Assembly: GCA_032718475.1 (NCBI GenBank)
Contig: JAUCBJ010001664.1
Span: 1 to 33,232, forward strand
Source of the DNA: Nemertoderma westbladi
Taxonomy: Eukaryota > Animalia > Xenacoelomorpha
Length of the DNA: 33,232 bases
Direction of reading: 5' to 3'
A model generated the notes under the pieces. The model had not been told where the DNA came from and made no database searches. It saw only the letters and a list, made by a program, of their open reading frames with translations. Shown here piece by piece: positions 1 through 10,949 of this stretch. Made by a program: the position numbers and the translations under genes. The first letter of the stretch is position 1; each line of letters begins with the position of its first letter.

Positions 1-440
1 AAATCCTAAGATCTTATGGAATACCAGAAGTAATTGTTGCTGGTATTGGATTGTTATATTGTGACACAGAAGCACAGGTACTCTCACCAGATGGTGAAAC
101 TGAGTTTTTCTCAATCCTGGCTGGCGTACTGCAAGGTGACACATTAGCACCCTTACTATTTGTAATTGTACTGTATTACGCAATGATGACGGCAATGCAA
201 AATGGGTGAAGATCTGGGATTCACACTTCAAGAACGCAGAAGTAGTAGATATCTGGCAACTACAGTCACAGACACCGACTTTGCGGATGACATCGCCCTG
301 CTCTCTAATATGCTAGCAGATGCACAGCTTCTACAAAATAAAGTGGAGAGGGCTGCTAAGGAAGGAGGTTGGATTGCATATAAATGCTACGAAGACCAAA
401 TTCATGACTTTTAATGTTGATGGAAACTTGACCTGTAAAC
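1..440 (+). pseudogene. Non-LTR retrotransposon reverse transcriptase fragment (RTE/RTE-X-like), frameshifted
   Basis: Frame 3 from nt 3 reads ILRSYGIP...SPDGETEFFSILAGVLQGDTLAPLLFVIVL (QGD motif). After a frameshift it reads TDTDFADDIALL (the catalytic (Y/F)ADD motif), and after another GLHINATKTKFM. Confidence 0.9.
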
Positions 441-459
441 TGATTGGTCTTACGGGACA

Positions 460-1545
460 CCTGATTCCGTGCTAATTTACTTAGATCTCTACAAGCGCTT
501 CACTGCCAAAACAAGATCCATTCCTTCTTCACTCGGAATGGCAACATTTTCACTCAGGTCTCGGATGGCGTTCGTCAAACTCCGGTCTTCTCAGGCTAAC
601 CGCAGCCCCCACTATATCAGCACCTTCATCCCATTCAGCCCGGCGCTGTTTTGTGAGCAGCATATCTGCCCTACCCGGTCCTAGAATTGTATCCACCCCT
701 CCCTCGCGCTCGGCTCAGCCTCCACCCTCCCCAGAGGGTGGTGGTGGTTCCAACCTAATCAGCACATCAGGTCATCTACTTCGCTCCGGTAGTTTCACTT
801 TGGTGCCAGCCCCTGCATCTCTAGAAGGAGCTCCGACCGGGTTCTAACTATGCTCCTCTAATCAGCAAGAAGTAAATATGGTTCATATATATGGTATCTA
901 ATACAATATATCCTACTCCCCTATTAATGCCTGATGCCCTACCCCAACGAGTTTATCATAATCATGTAAAATTCAATGTCCTATATTTAAATATATCGCG
1001 TATATATATATATAATATGTGCAGACCTCTTTTCAATCTTTCAGACTTCACTGATGCCCCAAATAAAACCATATATAATTATTGTAATTTTTGCTACTCT
1101 GGCCTATTCCCCTTTAACTCAGTTCCCACTGAAGATCCGGATATATTTTATTTTGAAAAGAATAGTACAATTGAGATGATGGGAGCACGACAGGGTGTGT
1201 TTGGCTCCATCAATACTGATGATAATCTGAATAGTATCCTAATTTTGGGTGACTATTATAATGAAAATAAATTTAATGACTCATTTAGTGATCCATTTCC
1301 AGACCCCACATTCTCTGTACTCCATTTAAATTGAAGGAGCCTTAATACTAATCTTTTCCGCTACCACTGATTTTTTGGGTATATTAAATAAAAATTCGAT
1401 ATTCTCACTTTTTCAGAATTTTTCCTTACAGTAGATACCCCACTTGATAGTGTTTCTATTGATGGTTATCATGAGCCAGTCTGCAACTTTAGGGCCTATG
1501 GGAAACGATCTAAGGCTAGAGGAGGTACACATATATGAGTAGTGA
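460..1545 (+). mobile_element. CR1/L2-like LINE fragment: ORF1 C-terminus, spacer, and 5' part of ORF2 (APE endonuclease), decayed and truncated
   Basis: ~468-598 reads RANLLRSLQ...KIHSFFTRNGNIF, which resembles a CR1 ORF1 C-terminus. 891-1545 reads in one frame YCNFCYSGLFPF...FSVLHLN*RSL...FDILTFSE...IDGY...RGGTHI*V, matching the first APE endonuclease motifs with in-frame stops. Confidence 0.75.
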
Positions 1546-1714
1546 ATAGGATATGAATAATTGAACAGACCTTCGCTTCGGAGGCCGCGATATCTCCTGG
1601 GTAGAAATCACTCGCCCTCTCCCCAACATATTATACCGAATATTATAATTAATATAAATACACCCAGCACTCCTCAATCCCGACAAGCGTTAGGGAAGTA
1701 TGATGCGAAAGTTT

Positions 1715-3600
1715 AGCGTGCACTGCCTAAGTCGATACCAAAAAAGAAGGCAAATTTAACAAACATACTGAATGGATTTAGCCCCAAATCTCGTAAGAGT
1801 TTGTTTTGTAGACCGAAATCAAAATATTCCACTGAACCAAATGGCCGAACAACCCCGTTCTCTGAAACTGATAAAGTTATAAACTTAAACTTCCTGGAAC
1901 GAGACAATATCTCTTATATGAGTCTAGGAAAGAAGGAAACTGTTTACGTCGACAAGGATAAAACGTTTTTATTATGGACTGTCAGGGAAATTGAAGGTAT
2001 TCTAAATGAAAATATTAAACAGCAGTCTGGTAAGAAGGTTACATATACTCAGCTTGTTAATCTTTTAGCTTGTGTTAAACATATTAAGTTTAAACGAAAC
2101 ATAGCCGAGATTGTATGTTGTTGTGATAAAATGCGAAAACTTAGATATGCTTCAAGGTGGAATTAGAAAATGTTGTCATATAGCTGATGTTGGAGTTATT
2201 CATAAAACTGGTGAGGAACTATTATTAGCTGGCGTATGCGATGCAAATTCTGAAGTTTGTGTTGATGGTTGGTGTTTGAACTGTGAAAACTTTTCAAATC
2301 TTGATGAGATATTTGATACATTTACCCCTTTGAACGAAATCAGTTATTTCCGATGGCAGGATGGAGAACGATATCCCGAAAAGGCATTGCATATTGTATT
2401 TGGTAATGAGGCTGTCACAATTTTGAAACATCAATTGAATAAATTCAGACAGCACTATTTTAATTTTAGAGTTCAACATAAGGGAATGAGAAACTTAAAA
2501 GATAACCTTCCTTGTGGTGAAGCTATCATCCAAACCGACTTCTCAGAAAAATACACTTTAACTACAGAATGCTATGCAAAGTAGCTATTTTGGTCAGGAA
2601 TCATTCAACTTATACACGGTGTGTCTCTGGATTAGAAAGGATGATCTCAGCGATCCAATTGCTTTAGATCAGCAATTCAAATTATCAGAGCCCAGACAAC
2701 GAAAACACCCACACCTTCAACGACCAAGTTTTTCCTTTGTCACAAACCACAACGAACATGATAAATTTCATGCTCATAATTGTAATAAGTAATTAATTAG
2801 CATTATTATCAACATGCTAAATAAACGTCTGAGTAAAGTTCCTTTCTGGACAGACGAGTCTTGTCAGCAATTTCGAAGTCAGTTTTGTTTTATGTTATTG
2901 ACATTTTACCCCACTAATATTGATATCATCCTTAACTACTATGAAGCCCATCATGGCAAGGGTTCTGTCGATGGTATCGGTGGAGTGGTGAAAAGGTCTG
3001 TGTTTAGTGATGTGAAATCACACAAAGTTGTTATTAGCAGCTCCAAGTCCTTTGCAGAACATGCTCAATCTACAGTATCTGCTATCAATGTCATATATGT
3101 GAACTAGTGGACACAAACGAAGTTACTGCAAGTATTCCCAATGTTAGTGATGGAAGTACCTGGAACCTTGCAGGTTCATCAAGTGATTCGGCATGTTGAG
3201 AGTTGTAAGCTCCAACTGTAATTTTTCAGGAATTCTTGTTATGCTAACAATGTGTCCACTACACCATTTCGAGTCCTTTTGTCTTGAATATGATATTCTC
3301 AATAAGACTGATGACGCAGAGGTGGCCAATAGATAGCCAATCTGTTTTGTCAAATGTTAATTCAATTTCTGATGTAGAGTCAAACGATTGCCTTATCATT
3401 AAATATGACAATCAGTGGTATTTATCAAGAGCAATTTAGCTAACTAAAGACGATTTTAAGGTTTCATTCATAAAACCTCTTCACTTTTCTATTGGCCTCC
3501 TAATTCAGATGAATGTTGGCAGCCATTGTCAGCACAATAGTTGGTAATTGGTAAACTGCATTTAACATTCGAACCAATTCCAAGTGGATCTCGAAATTTT
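1715..3600 (+). pseudogene. Sola2-like DDD transposase pseudogene (copy A)
   Basis: Consecutive frameshifted ORFs give IIQTDFSEKY, QSSYFGQESFNLYT, FVTNHNEHD, FWTDESCQQFRS, EAHHGKGSVDGIGGVVKR, VPGTLQVH and a C-terminal YDNQWY...FYWPPNSDECW. This fits the DF.ENY / SDG..Q(Y/F)(K/R)N / HGKG..DG.GG..KR pattern that I associate with Sola2. Confidence 0.75.
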
Positions 3601-3672
3601 GTAATAACAATGGCTACTTGCCAGAAAATCAATAATATTTATAACAATTAATGGTGTGCAATTTCGAACTTA

Positions 3673-4640
3673 ATCTGATTGGCCTGAACCTCCACTATAA
3701 TTAAATAAAACTGGTCCACACTTTAATTTAGTGGGCCCTTGAGGGCCAATCTCTGTAACAAACTACATGTATAAGCACACTTTAATTTTAAATGCTAGTG
3801 CAAGCAAGTAAATAAGCTACTCAGGATAATTCTACCCAGGAGGCGGCCAATGCCTTTTGTTTAATTAACGATAAAAACGATCTACAGATTCATAGAGGGA
3901 TTTATAGCGATTTCAAAAACTTTTGTCACTTTGTATGGGATGATTCTGTAAGGGAAGCTTTGAATGGAAGCAATGGAATATAACATCGAACCAGTTTATT
4001 GTAAGATCCATCATAAAATTTAAAAAAGTTACTAAGTCTTTCTTTCATACTTCTCATATAAAGGGTGGAATTCTTTTTGAATAGATGCTAGAACTAGCAT
4101 TGTTGGAGCATTTACATACCTCTTTACCAGAACATGGAATAATTAAGTGTCAACAGAATCACTGACATATTGCTCTATTCTAAGAGCATTACGAAATAAC
4201 AGTGGCGTCACAGCATCACCATGCGCCCCCCTGCAAAATTTGGCATGATGTTATATTATCTGAGTGTTCTGTTCAGTTATACCACGGCCTTTCATCTTTG
4301 CAATAATTACCACACTTCTTAGTACTGGATGGTATGTGGTCACTTTTCTCTCAGAATCTTCTAACACCCATCCAAGAATGGGATTGCTCTATTGCAAGTA
4401 CAGTTGCTTGTTATTGAATTACATATCACACATATTTTCTATTGAGGTTGTTTCAGAATCAGAAGAATTTCATAATGTATGGGTATCAAGTTTTGGGTTT
4501 TTTGCCAACTGAATTAAGAGCTTATAGATATCAAGGGCTAATTGTTGTTAAACACAAACAATCTTAAATTTATTTTATACATTTTATTACTTGCTCTGGA
4601 TATTTGATATTCAGATATAAACACATCTGCTTAGGTCATG
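3673..4640 (+). repeat. Repeat unit copy 1: R block + 45 bp of the hAT left end + S block (internally deleted version of 4642-7619)
   Basis: 3673-4244 is near-identical to 4642-5227 apart from a 14-bp deletion and 5 substitutions. 4252-4640 is near-identical to 7234-7619. Confidence 0.95.
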
Positions 4641-5182
4641 GATCTGATTGGCCTGAACCTCCACTATAATTAAATAAAACTGGTCCACACTTTAATTTAG
4701 TGGGCCCTTGAGGGCCAATCTCTGTAACAAACTACATGTATAAGCACACTTTAATTTTAAATGCTAGTGCAAGCAAGTAAATAAGCTACTCAGGATAATT
4801 CTACCCAGGAGGCGGCCAATGCCTTTTGTTTAATTAACGATAAAAACAGAAGTAAGTTCAGGATCTACAGATTCATAGAGGGATTTATAGCGATTTCAAA
4901 AACTTTTGTCACTTTGTATGGGATGATTCTGTAAGGGAAGCTTTGAATGGAAGCAATGGAATATAACATCGAACCAGTTTATTGTAATATCCATCATAAA
5001 ATTTAAAAAAGTTACTAAGTCTTTCTTTCATACTTCTCATATAAAGGGTGGAATTCTGTTTGAATAGATGCTAGAACTAGCATTGTTGGAGCATTTACAT
5101 ACCTCTTAACCAGAACATGGAATAATTAAGTGTCAACAGAATCACTGACAGATCGCTCTATTCTAAGAGCATTACGAAATAA

Positions 5183-7077
5183 CAGTGGCGTCACAGCATC
5201 ACCATGCGCCCCCCTGCAAAATTTGGCCTGCGCCTCCTTACAGTGAATTAAAAATTGAAATTTTAATAAAAGTCTTCCTGCAACATTTGGCTTATGCATA
5301 TGCATGCCCCCCCCCCCCCCCCCCCCCCCCCGCTTACATTAAAAAGTAAATTAACGTTATGGATTATATTGTGAGCATTATTAAAACTTTTAATAATGTA
5401 AAAATGTAAAACTTTAATAAAAGTAAATTTATAAAACACATTTTCCGACAATAAGGCGATAACTAGATTATATCTACTGTATAAGAAAATAAGTACTGTA
5501 GGCCTATATGTATTTACTTTAGTTAAACAATTCACTGTATGTAGCAAAATATGGTGATAACTAAATAGGTTTTGCATATTAAATTTAAACAGTTATCCTC
5601 ACACCATCAGAAACTTTGGGGCCCGACTTTTCCTTGCGGCAAATTAGTCGACCAGCTTGTTGTAATCCAAGAACTTCGCTTCTTGTGATTCCATTGACAA
5701 AATGGACAAGCCGTCAACTCACTCCTGAGTCATGGAAGATCTGAGATAGGACTTTATAATCTTAAGCTTGTAAAATGACCTTGCTGCGCTCGCCACTGTC
5801 ACTGGAATGGACAAAAACTGGAGACAGGCAGTGCAGTGGTCAGTTCCAGCATAGAAGGTGTGAGTTTTGCATTGGAAATCAGCCTAAGCAGATCTAGGAT
5901 CGTTTTGATCTGTCCCAGCTCGCTTCTAAACTCGTTTCTGAAGGACCGTACATCCTGGATAATATCCTAAGATAGATCATGATTGTAGATCTGTACCAGT
6001 TTTTGAGCAGCCACTTCCAGTCCGCTTGTAGTCATTTCCTTGAGCCTTTGTGTGTAGAGAAAGGCGATCAGCTATGATAGGATATGATATAGCTGATAGG
6101 TATCAGCTATTAGCTTGTGGCCCTCAAAGCGGTGCTCCAGCTGACCAATTGCCGTATCGATGATGAGAAGAAATGTGTGCACCCGAAATGCCTCACTTGG
6201 ATCCTGCACTCGCTGGTTATTGGCCAGTTCTTCATTAAATTTTGGAGTCCTTTGCTGTATCACAGAGCGAAAAGTGGTGTCACCAACATCCCAGCAGGAG
6301 GCCAGTTCTGTTGCTCTCAAAATAATGATGTTCCACAACTGGAGCGGATCAGCTTCAGTTCTGTGAGTGCCATTACTGTAAGCAACCTTGTTGCCCTCGA
6401 GAGATGCATTTCCACTGACTGTAGCTCCACTGAAACTTTATTTACGGAAGTCAATATTCTCTCCCAGAGCACTAGCATGGCAATGAATTCAAATCTGACC
6501 ATTTTCGCCTTCAAGCCAGCTGCTTCCACCTTTTCCTTTGGTTTGGAAGATTTTAATCCGATATTTGTCAGGACCTTCACAATATCAGTATATCGGTTTT
6601 TCACAGCACGTACTGAGCTGATACGTGAAGACCATCTTGTTGGGGTAAGCTTCTTTATAGTTAGTTCGTGGCTATGTGCCGCTGTGGGTGTAGGATGTGT
6701 GATAGTGTGGGAATGGGAATGGAAATGGTGTGGGATAGTGTGGGATAACATTAATCTTACCTGTTACCTGGTTGTCTAAACTGTTATCATTAATAATATA
6801 TAGATCAGGGGGGGGGGGGGTTTGTGGGTTATTACTGTGGTTCAAATTAACCATGTGCCCATGCCCATAGGATGATACTGCTACATAATATTATCATGTT
6901 CAGAGGTGTAAAAAAATTTATTGTTGATATTATTAACCTTCTATTTTATTATTATATTTTTAGTTTATTTTTTTACTGAACATGTAAACTACGTCCTTGT
7001 AAAAATCGGCTGCGCCCCCACAGGTCTTGCGCCCCCCCTGGAGTGCAGGGGTCGCAGGGGTGGCTGTGACGCCCCTG
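5183..7077 (-). mobile_element. hAT DNA transposon (Tip100/ZMYM1-like), internally deleted, ~1.9 kb
   Basis: TIRs are CAGTGGCGTCACAGC and GCTGTGACGCCCCTG (14/15 match). A perfect 8-bp TSD, CGAAATAA, lies at 5175-5182 and 7078-7085. Confidence 0.95.
5615..6660 (-). pseudogene. hAT transposase C-terminal half including the hATC dimerisation domain
   Basis: LTPTRWSSR motif. C-terminal LSIPVTVASAARSFYKLKIIKSYLRSSMTQE*VDGLSILSME is the degenerate hAT 'S.ERSFS.L..IK..LRS.M...RL' signature, with stops and frameshifts. Confidence 0.92.
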
Positions 7078-8680
7078 CGAAATAAATGTGCTACACAAGA
7101 CAACAGCTTCAAACTGCTGTCAAATTTTGTCAGTTGTAATGCACCTGACTCTCCGCAATCCACGGCATCAGTGGTCGCAATGGTGACTGATCAGTAGCAT
7201 TGTCATGTTGTTTATTTCTTATAACAATTTAGCTATATTATCTGAGTGTTCTGTTCAGTTATACCACGGCCTTTCATCTTTGCAATAATTACCACACTTC
7301 TTAGTACTGGATGGTATGTGGTCACTTTTCTCTCAGAATCTTCTCACACCCATCCAAGAATGGGATTGCTCTATTGCAAGTACAGTTGCTTGTTATTGAA
7401 TTACATATCACACATATTTTCTGTTGAGGTTTCAGAATCAGAAGAATTTCATAATGTATGGCTATCAAGTTTTGGGTTTTTTGCCAACTGAATTAAGAGC
7501 TTATAGATATCAAGGGCTAATTGTTGTTAAACACAAACAATCTTAAATTTATTTTATACCTTTTATTACTTGCTCTGGATATTTGATATTCAGATATAAA
7601 CACGTCTGCTTAGGTCATGCTCTATTGCCTATGATGGGTTTTATGTGATACTGGTACTGGCAATCTTTATATATCTTACAACCTTAAACTGGTACCAGGT
7701 ACAGAGTGTTAACGATTTATTTAAGATGGAAAAACGTTCTCACTGTCCCAACCCGCCAACCGCAAGTGTAATGAACTAATTAAAAACATTTTTAAGATTG
7801 TTCATCCTGTGAAAGTGATTTAATTGATGAACATGAACATTAGTGTTGTAACAAAGTAATGCAAGTCTGGTGGAAGAGATGTCCATATTGCAAGACACCA
7901 TTCGAAACCATTGAATATGTGCCTGGAAGTATAAGGGTGTACTGGTAATTGTTCCAGTTGTCGATAATGATGGTTTTAGAGAGAAGCTAGAGAAGGAGGA
8001 GATACAAGAAAGAAGCTACTTTATTTTGCCTCGATGTGACTCTGGTGATCACATTTCCATTCTTGAGATAAATGTTATGGAGGGAGACCTTGCTAAGGGG
8101 TGTGGTTTGTATAAAAAGGCAATTCGACTATTTGTAGATGAATTTAACAACCATGACATTTGGCCATGACAACCATGACTTGAAACTATAGCATAATCTG
8201 TGTGTGCGGTGTCTCCAGAGATTAAAAGTTTAAGCATAAAACTTGAAAAATGACGTGACTGCGGTCTTTAGAGGGAAGTACTCCCAATGTCGACTTAATA
8301 AAGCGTATCGGGTGAAGTGCAGATCTGATAAGGACTCTCTTGGTGATGCTGTCAAGGTTAATGCTAAGGCAGTTTGAGTTTTCATTCATTCATTCATGAA
8401 GTCATTCATTTGAGTTTTGAGGAGTCATATGATGATGAGTCTGGAGATGGGATCTCATCTGATGCCAAGAATGAGCCACCTGGAGCAATAAAAAAATCAG
8501 AAACAATTTTGAACCAATTATTTCCTTTCATTCGTGCACATCACCCCCCCCCCCCCTCTTCATTAGTGGTTTACCTCTTTAATGGGGGGGGGGGGGGGGG
8601 ATCCCCTATAAAATTTGTTTTTGCTGCTCATATAAATGGAGGAGTTCAGGTTATTAAGCTAAGCAATTATGTATATATAA

Positions 8681-8815
8681 ATAATGCTACTTGATTGTGT
8701 TTAATTGTGTTACCTATATAATTGTGTTTCCATCTAGGTGTTATCTATAGCATAATATAATGCTACTTGATTGTGCATAATTTGTTACTTAATTGTGTTT
8801 CCATATAGGTGTTGT
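8681..8815. repeat. Two tandem ~77-bp units; a third related copy lies at ~12375-12450
   Basis: ATAATGCTACTTGATTGTG...AATTGTGTTTCCAT.TAGGTGTT occurs twice here, and as ATAATGCTACTGGATTGTGTTTAATTGTGTTAC...TTTCCATATTGGTGTTATCTA near 12380. Confidence 0.8.
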
Positions 8816-9709
8816 TTGTTGTGTTGTTGTTTGTTGCTGGAATACCTGGTTTCGCAGGTGGGTACCAGCATATTGTATCTTAGCGGTTTATAAGAGTTTG
8901 TAGCTAAGTTAAGTTTCTAGCTCTGGTGAACATAAAGCTTTATTGACAAAAGCTTTATTTTTTCATACATAGACTAAGCGCGATAAACAGTAAAGCAGTA
9001 CTTGATGATCAACTATACAAAGAAATGTATTGATTATTTGGTTTCATATTTCGGTTATTAGTCAGGTAGACAGAGGGGTCCACCGTGACTTTGGGTCATC
9101 ACGCATTTTTATTTGCTTAAACTTTAGTCGGACCTTAGAGTAATCAAAATCCGTCGGGTGCCACTTCGGCACCTTTGGGGAACTTTTTATAAAGCACTTA
9201 ACCTAAGTTTCCATAGCAACCGGCATACAAGGTTTTATTTTGAGATATCTGCGACCTTGCACCTATTGCCACAGATCTTGTTAATTATTCTGAATAAGAT
9301 TTCTAGAAGATTAGTTCCCATAGCAACATTATTAATCATAAATTTTGGCCTTTGGGATGTTTATTAAGATATGCCAACTATTAAACTTTAGATTATTTAT
9401 GTAACTATTTATAAAAGCAAACAATTATCATCACTGGGGGGTTATTAATCACATTTAGTTTTTAATTTAATTAGATGAGTTAGTTTTCTCCTTTCAAATG
9501 CAAATTTTGAAGTTTATCTACCCAACAATTGCAGAAAATAGGTACAGTAGATTCAATGTGCCATCATTCTTTACTGCGTACCTATCTGGGTATCTATCCC
9601 AAATATTCTCCTTTACTGGTTACGAAAGTTAATCAATCAGCTAGAAGAGTTGTATGTTTATTAAATTAATTATTTAAACGGAACATTGCTTTAAACATTG
9701 TATTTATTT

Positions 9710-10949
9710 TTACACTTTGGTACAGGTGCATATTGTAGTACATGGAAGAGCGGCTATAGAGCAACCGCATCGATTGGAAGAACAGGCACTTTCAGATTTG
9801 CAATTACAAGATATAGTTTTAAGGATCGAAATTGGGGCAATGGACGAGACGCCAGGATCCGGTATCAGTTTGTCATTGATCGCCATCCAACCAAACTTGT
9901 TAATAGCCAACAGTGGAGGTGCAGGATCATCAGCAGCTCTACACAAAAGAACTTGCAAACGAGCCCGTTTTACATGTTGTATGGCGGCACTCTATGTGGG
10001 GGGAAGGTTGAATACTTTAGGGTGTTGCTTCTTTGTAGGAATAGCCTATGTCGAAGTTCATTCAGAGTATCCGATATGCCACCACCATAGAGGTGTATAA
10101 TGAACGAGAGGCCTATTTGTAGCCATTCTTCTTCTGTAACATTTGGATCACAGAAAATCTGCAGGGATTCGTGCAACCTACACAGCAATTTGATTACGTT
10201 CTTTTTTCCCTTCCCATATGGATATGATACTGTATCGCAACCAGATAGCGTGTAAAGAAAGGAGACCAGCACACTGATTTCCGAGTTGGATAGCAGTGGT
10301 GTTGATATTTATGATTTTCCCATTAAATCTACGTATGGAGAGTTGAACAGTTGGTTGATATAGCCAGAAGAAGAATACTGCTAGTACGAAAATGTCTGTA
10401 TCATCTGTTGTTATTTGTATATCTCTGATGTTGTCATTATCAGATAACTTTAACATGTAACTAATAATAGTAACATCAGCTTCTTCATATTCGAATATAT
10501 TATTAGAGACCCCAACAAGGTGTAATGATTTATGTGTTGTATAATTAGGGGGCGTTCATAAAGTATGTCACACAAATTTTCCTATTTTTGACCCCCCCCC
10601 CCCCCCTCTTTCACAAAGTGTCACACAAGCTCGACCACCCCACCCCCCGTCACATTAGACAATACGTAATAAGTATACTGAATCTATCACCGGCATCAAG
10701 ATGCCGCCGCTTAGTGCCTTCCTCTTTATGTGGTCTTAAAACACCTTCACGATCTTCATCATCCTCCACTAACCCAGAATCAAACATGTTATCCACACCC
10801 AAGGCAAACATAGTGCATATGTGGTGGGATAACACCCAAATGGTCAACTGTTCTTGGAACAGAGTCTTCCCCTTCAATCCACGAAGTGACTTCCCCTTTC
10901 TTATGTAGGTCTGCTCCCCAAACTGGTCCTTCCAAACAGAGTTGCACAT
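9710..10949 (-). pseudogene. Academ protein remnant: end of transposase region, XPG/PIN-like nuclease domain and Cys8 (CXC-like) finger
   Basis: DQFGEQTYIRKGK..GLKGKT (10650-10949); YEEADV (~10480); DDTDIFVL; LSGCDTVSYPYGKGKK; FPP; GW; CNCKSESACSSNRCGCSIAALPCTTICTC. Frameshifted. Confidence 0.85.
10548..10655 (+). mobile_element. Truncated end of a MITE/DNA transposon (Zator- or PIF-like terminus) nested in the Academ
   Basis: TTA|GGGGGCGTTCATAAAGTATGTCAC followed by poly-C interrupts the Academ coding remnant. The partner TIR was not found. Confidence 0.45.

Larger units (their letters stand above)
4642..7619 (+). repeat. Repeat unit copy 2: R block + whole hAT deletion derivative + S block
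   Basis: Begins ATCTGATTGGCCTGAACC directly after copy 1. It matches copy 1 at both ends and matches copy 3 (31866 to the window end). Confidence 0.95.

Noticed and set aside
1310-3600. Alternative genetic code explaining the in-frame stops
   Set aside because: All three stop codons occur along with many frameshifts, consistent with neutral decay.
4264-4512. Duplicated 82/81-aa ORF (also 7246-7491) and the 104/107-aa poly-Gly ORF (5263-5577, 32487-32810)
   Set aside because: Conserved only because of recent DNA duplication. They have non-ATG starts or homopolymer-derived sequence and no motifs.
5307-5331. Poly-C/G tracts (also ~6808, 8545, 8584, 10592, 16350, 17140, 32531) as functional G-quadruplex signals
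   Set aside because: Length differs between duplicate copies and they sit in TE subterminal DNA; slippage or sequencing noise is sufficient.
6117-6779. 220-aa plus-strand ORF
   Set aside because: Antisense shadow of the hAT transposase.
7700-8500. Possible decayed coding region (KRCPYCKTPF, RING-like)
   Set aside because: Too fragmented to support any assignment.
9698-10100. Two plus-strand ORFs (130 and 127 aa)
   Set aside because: Antisense to the Academ XPG/Cys8 remnant.
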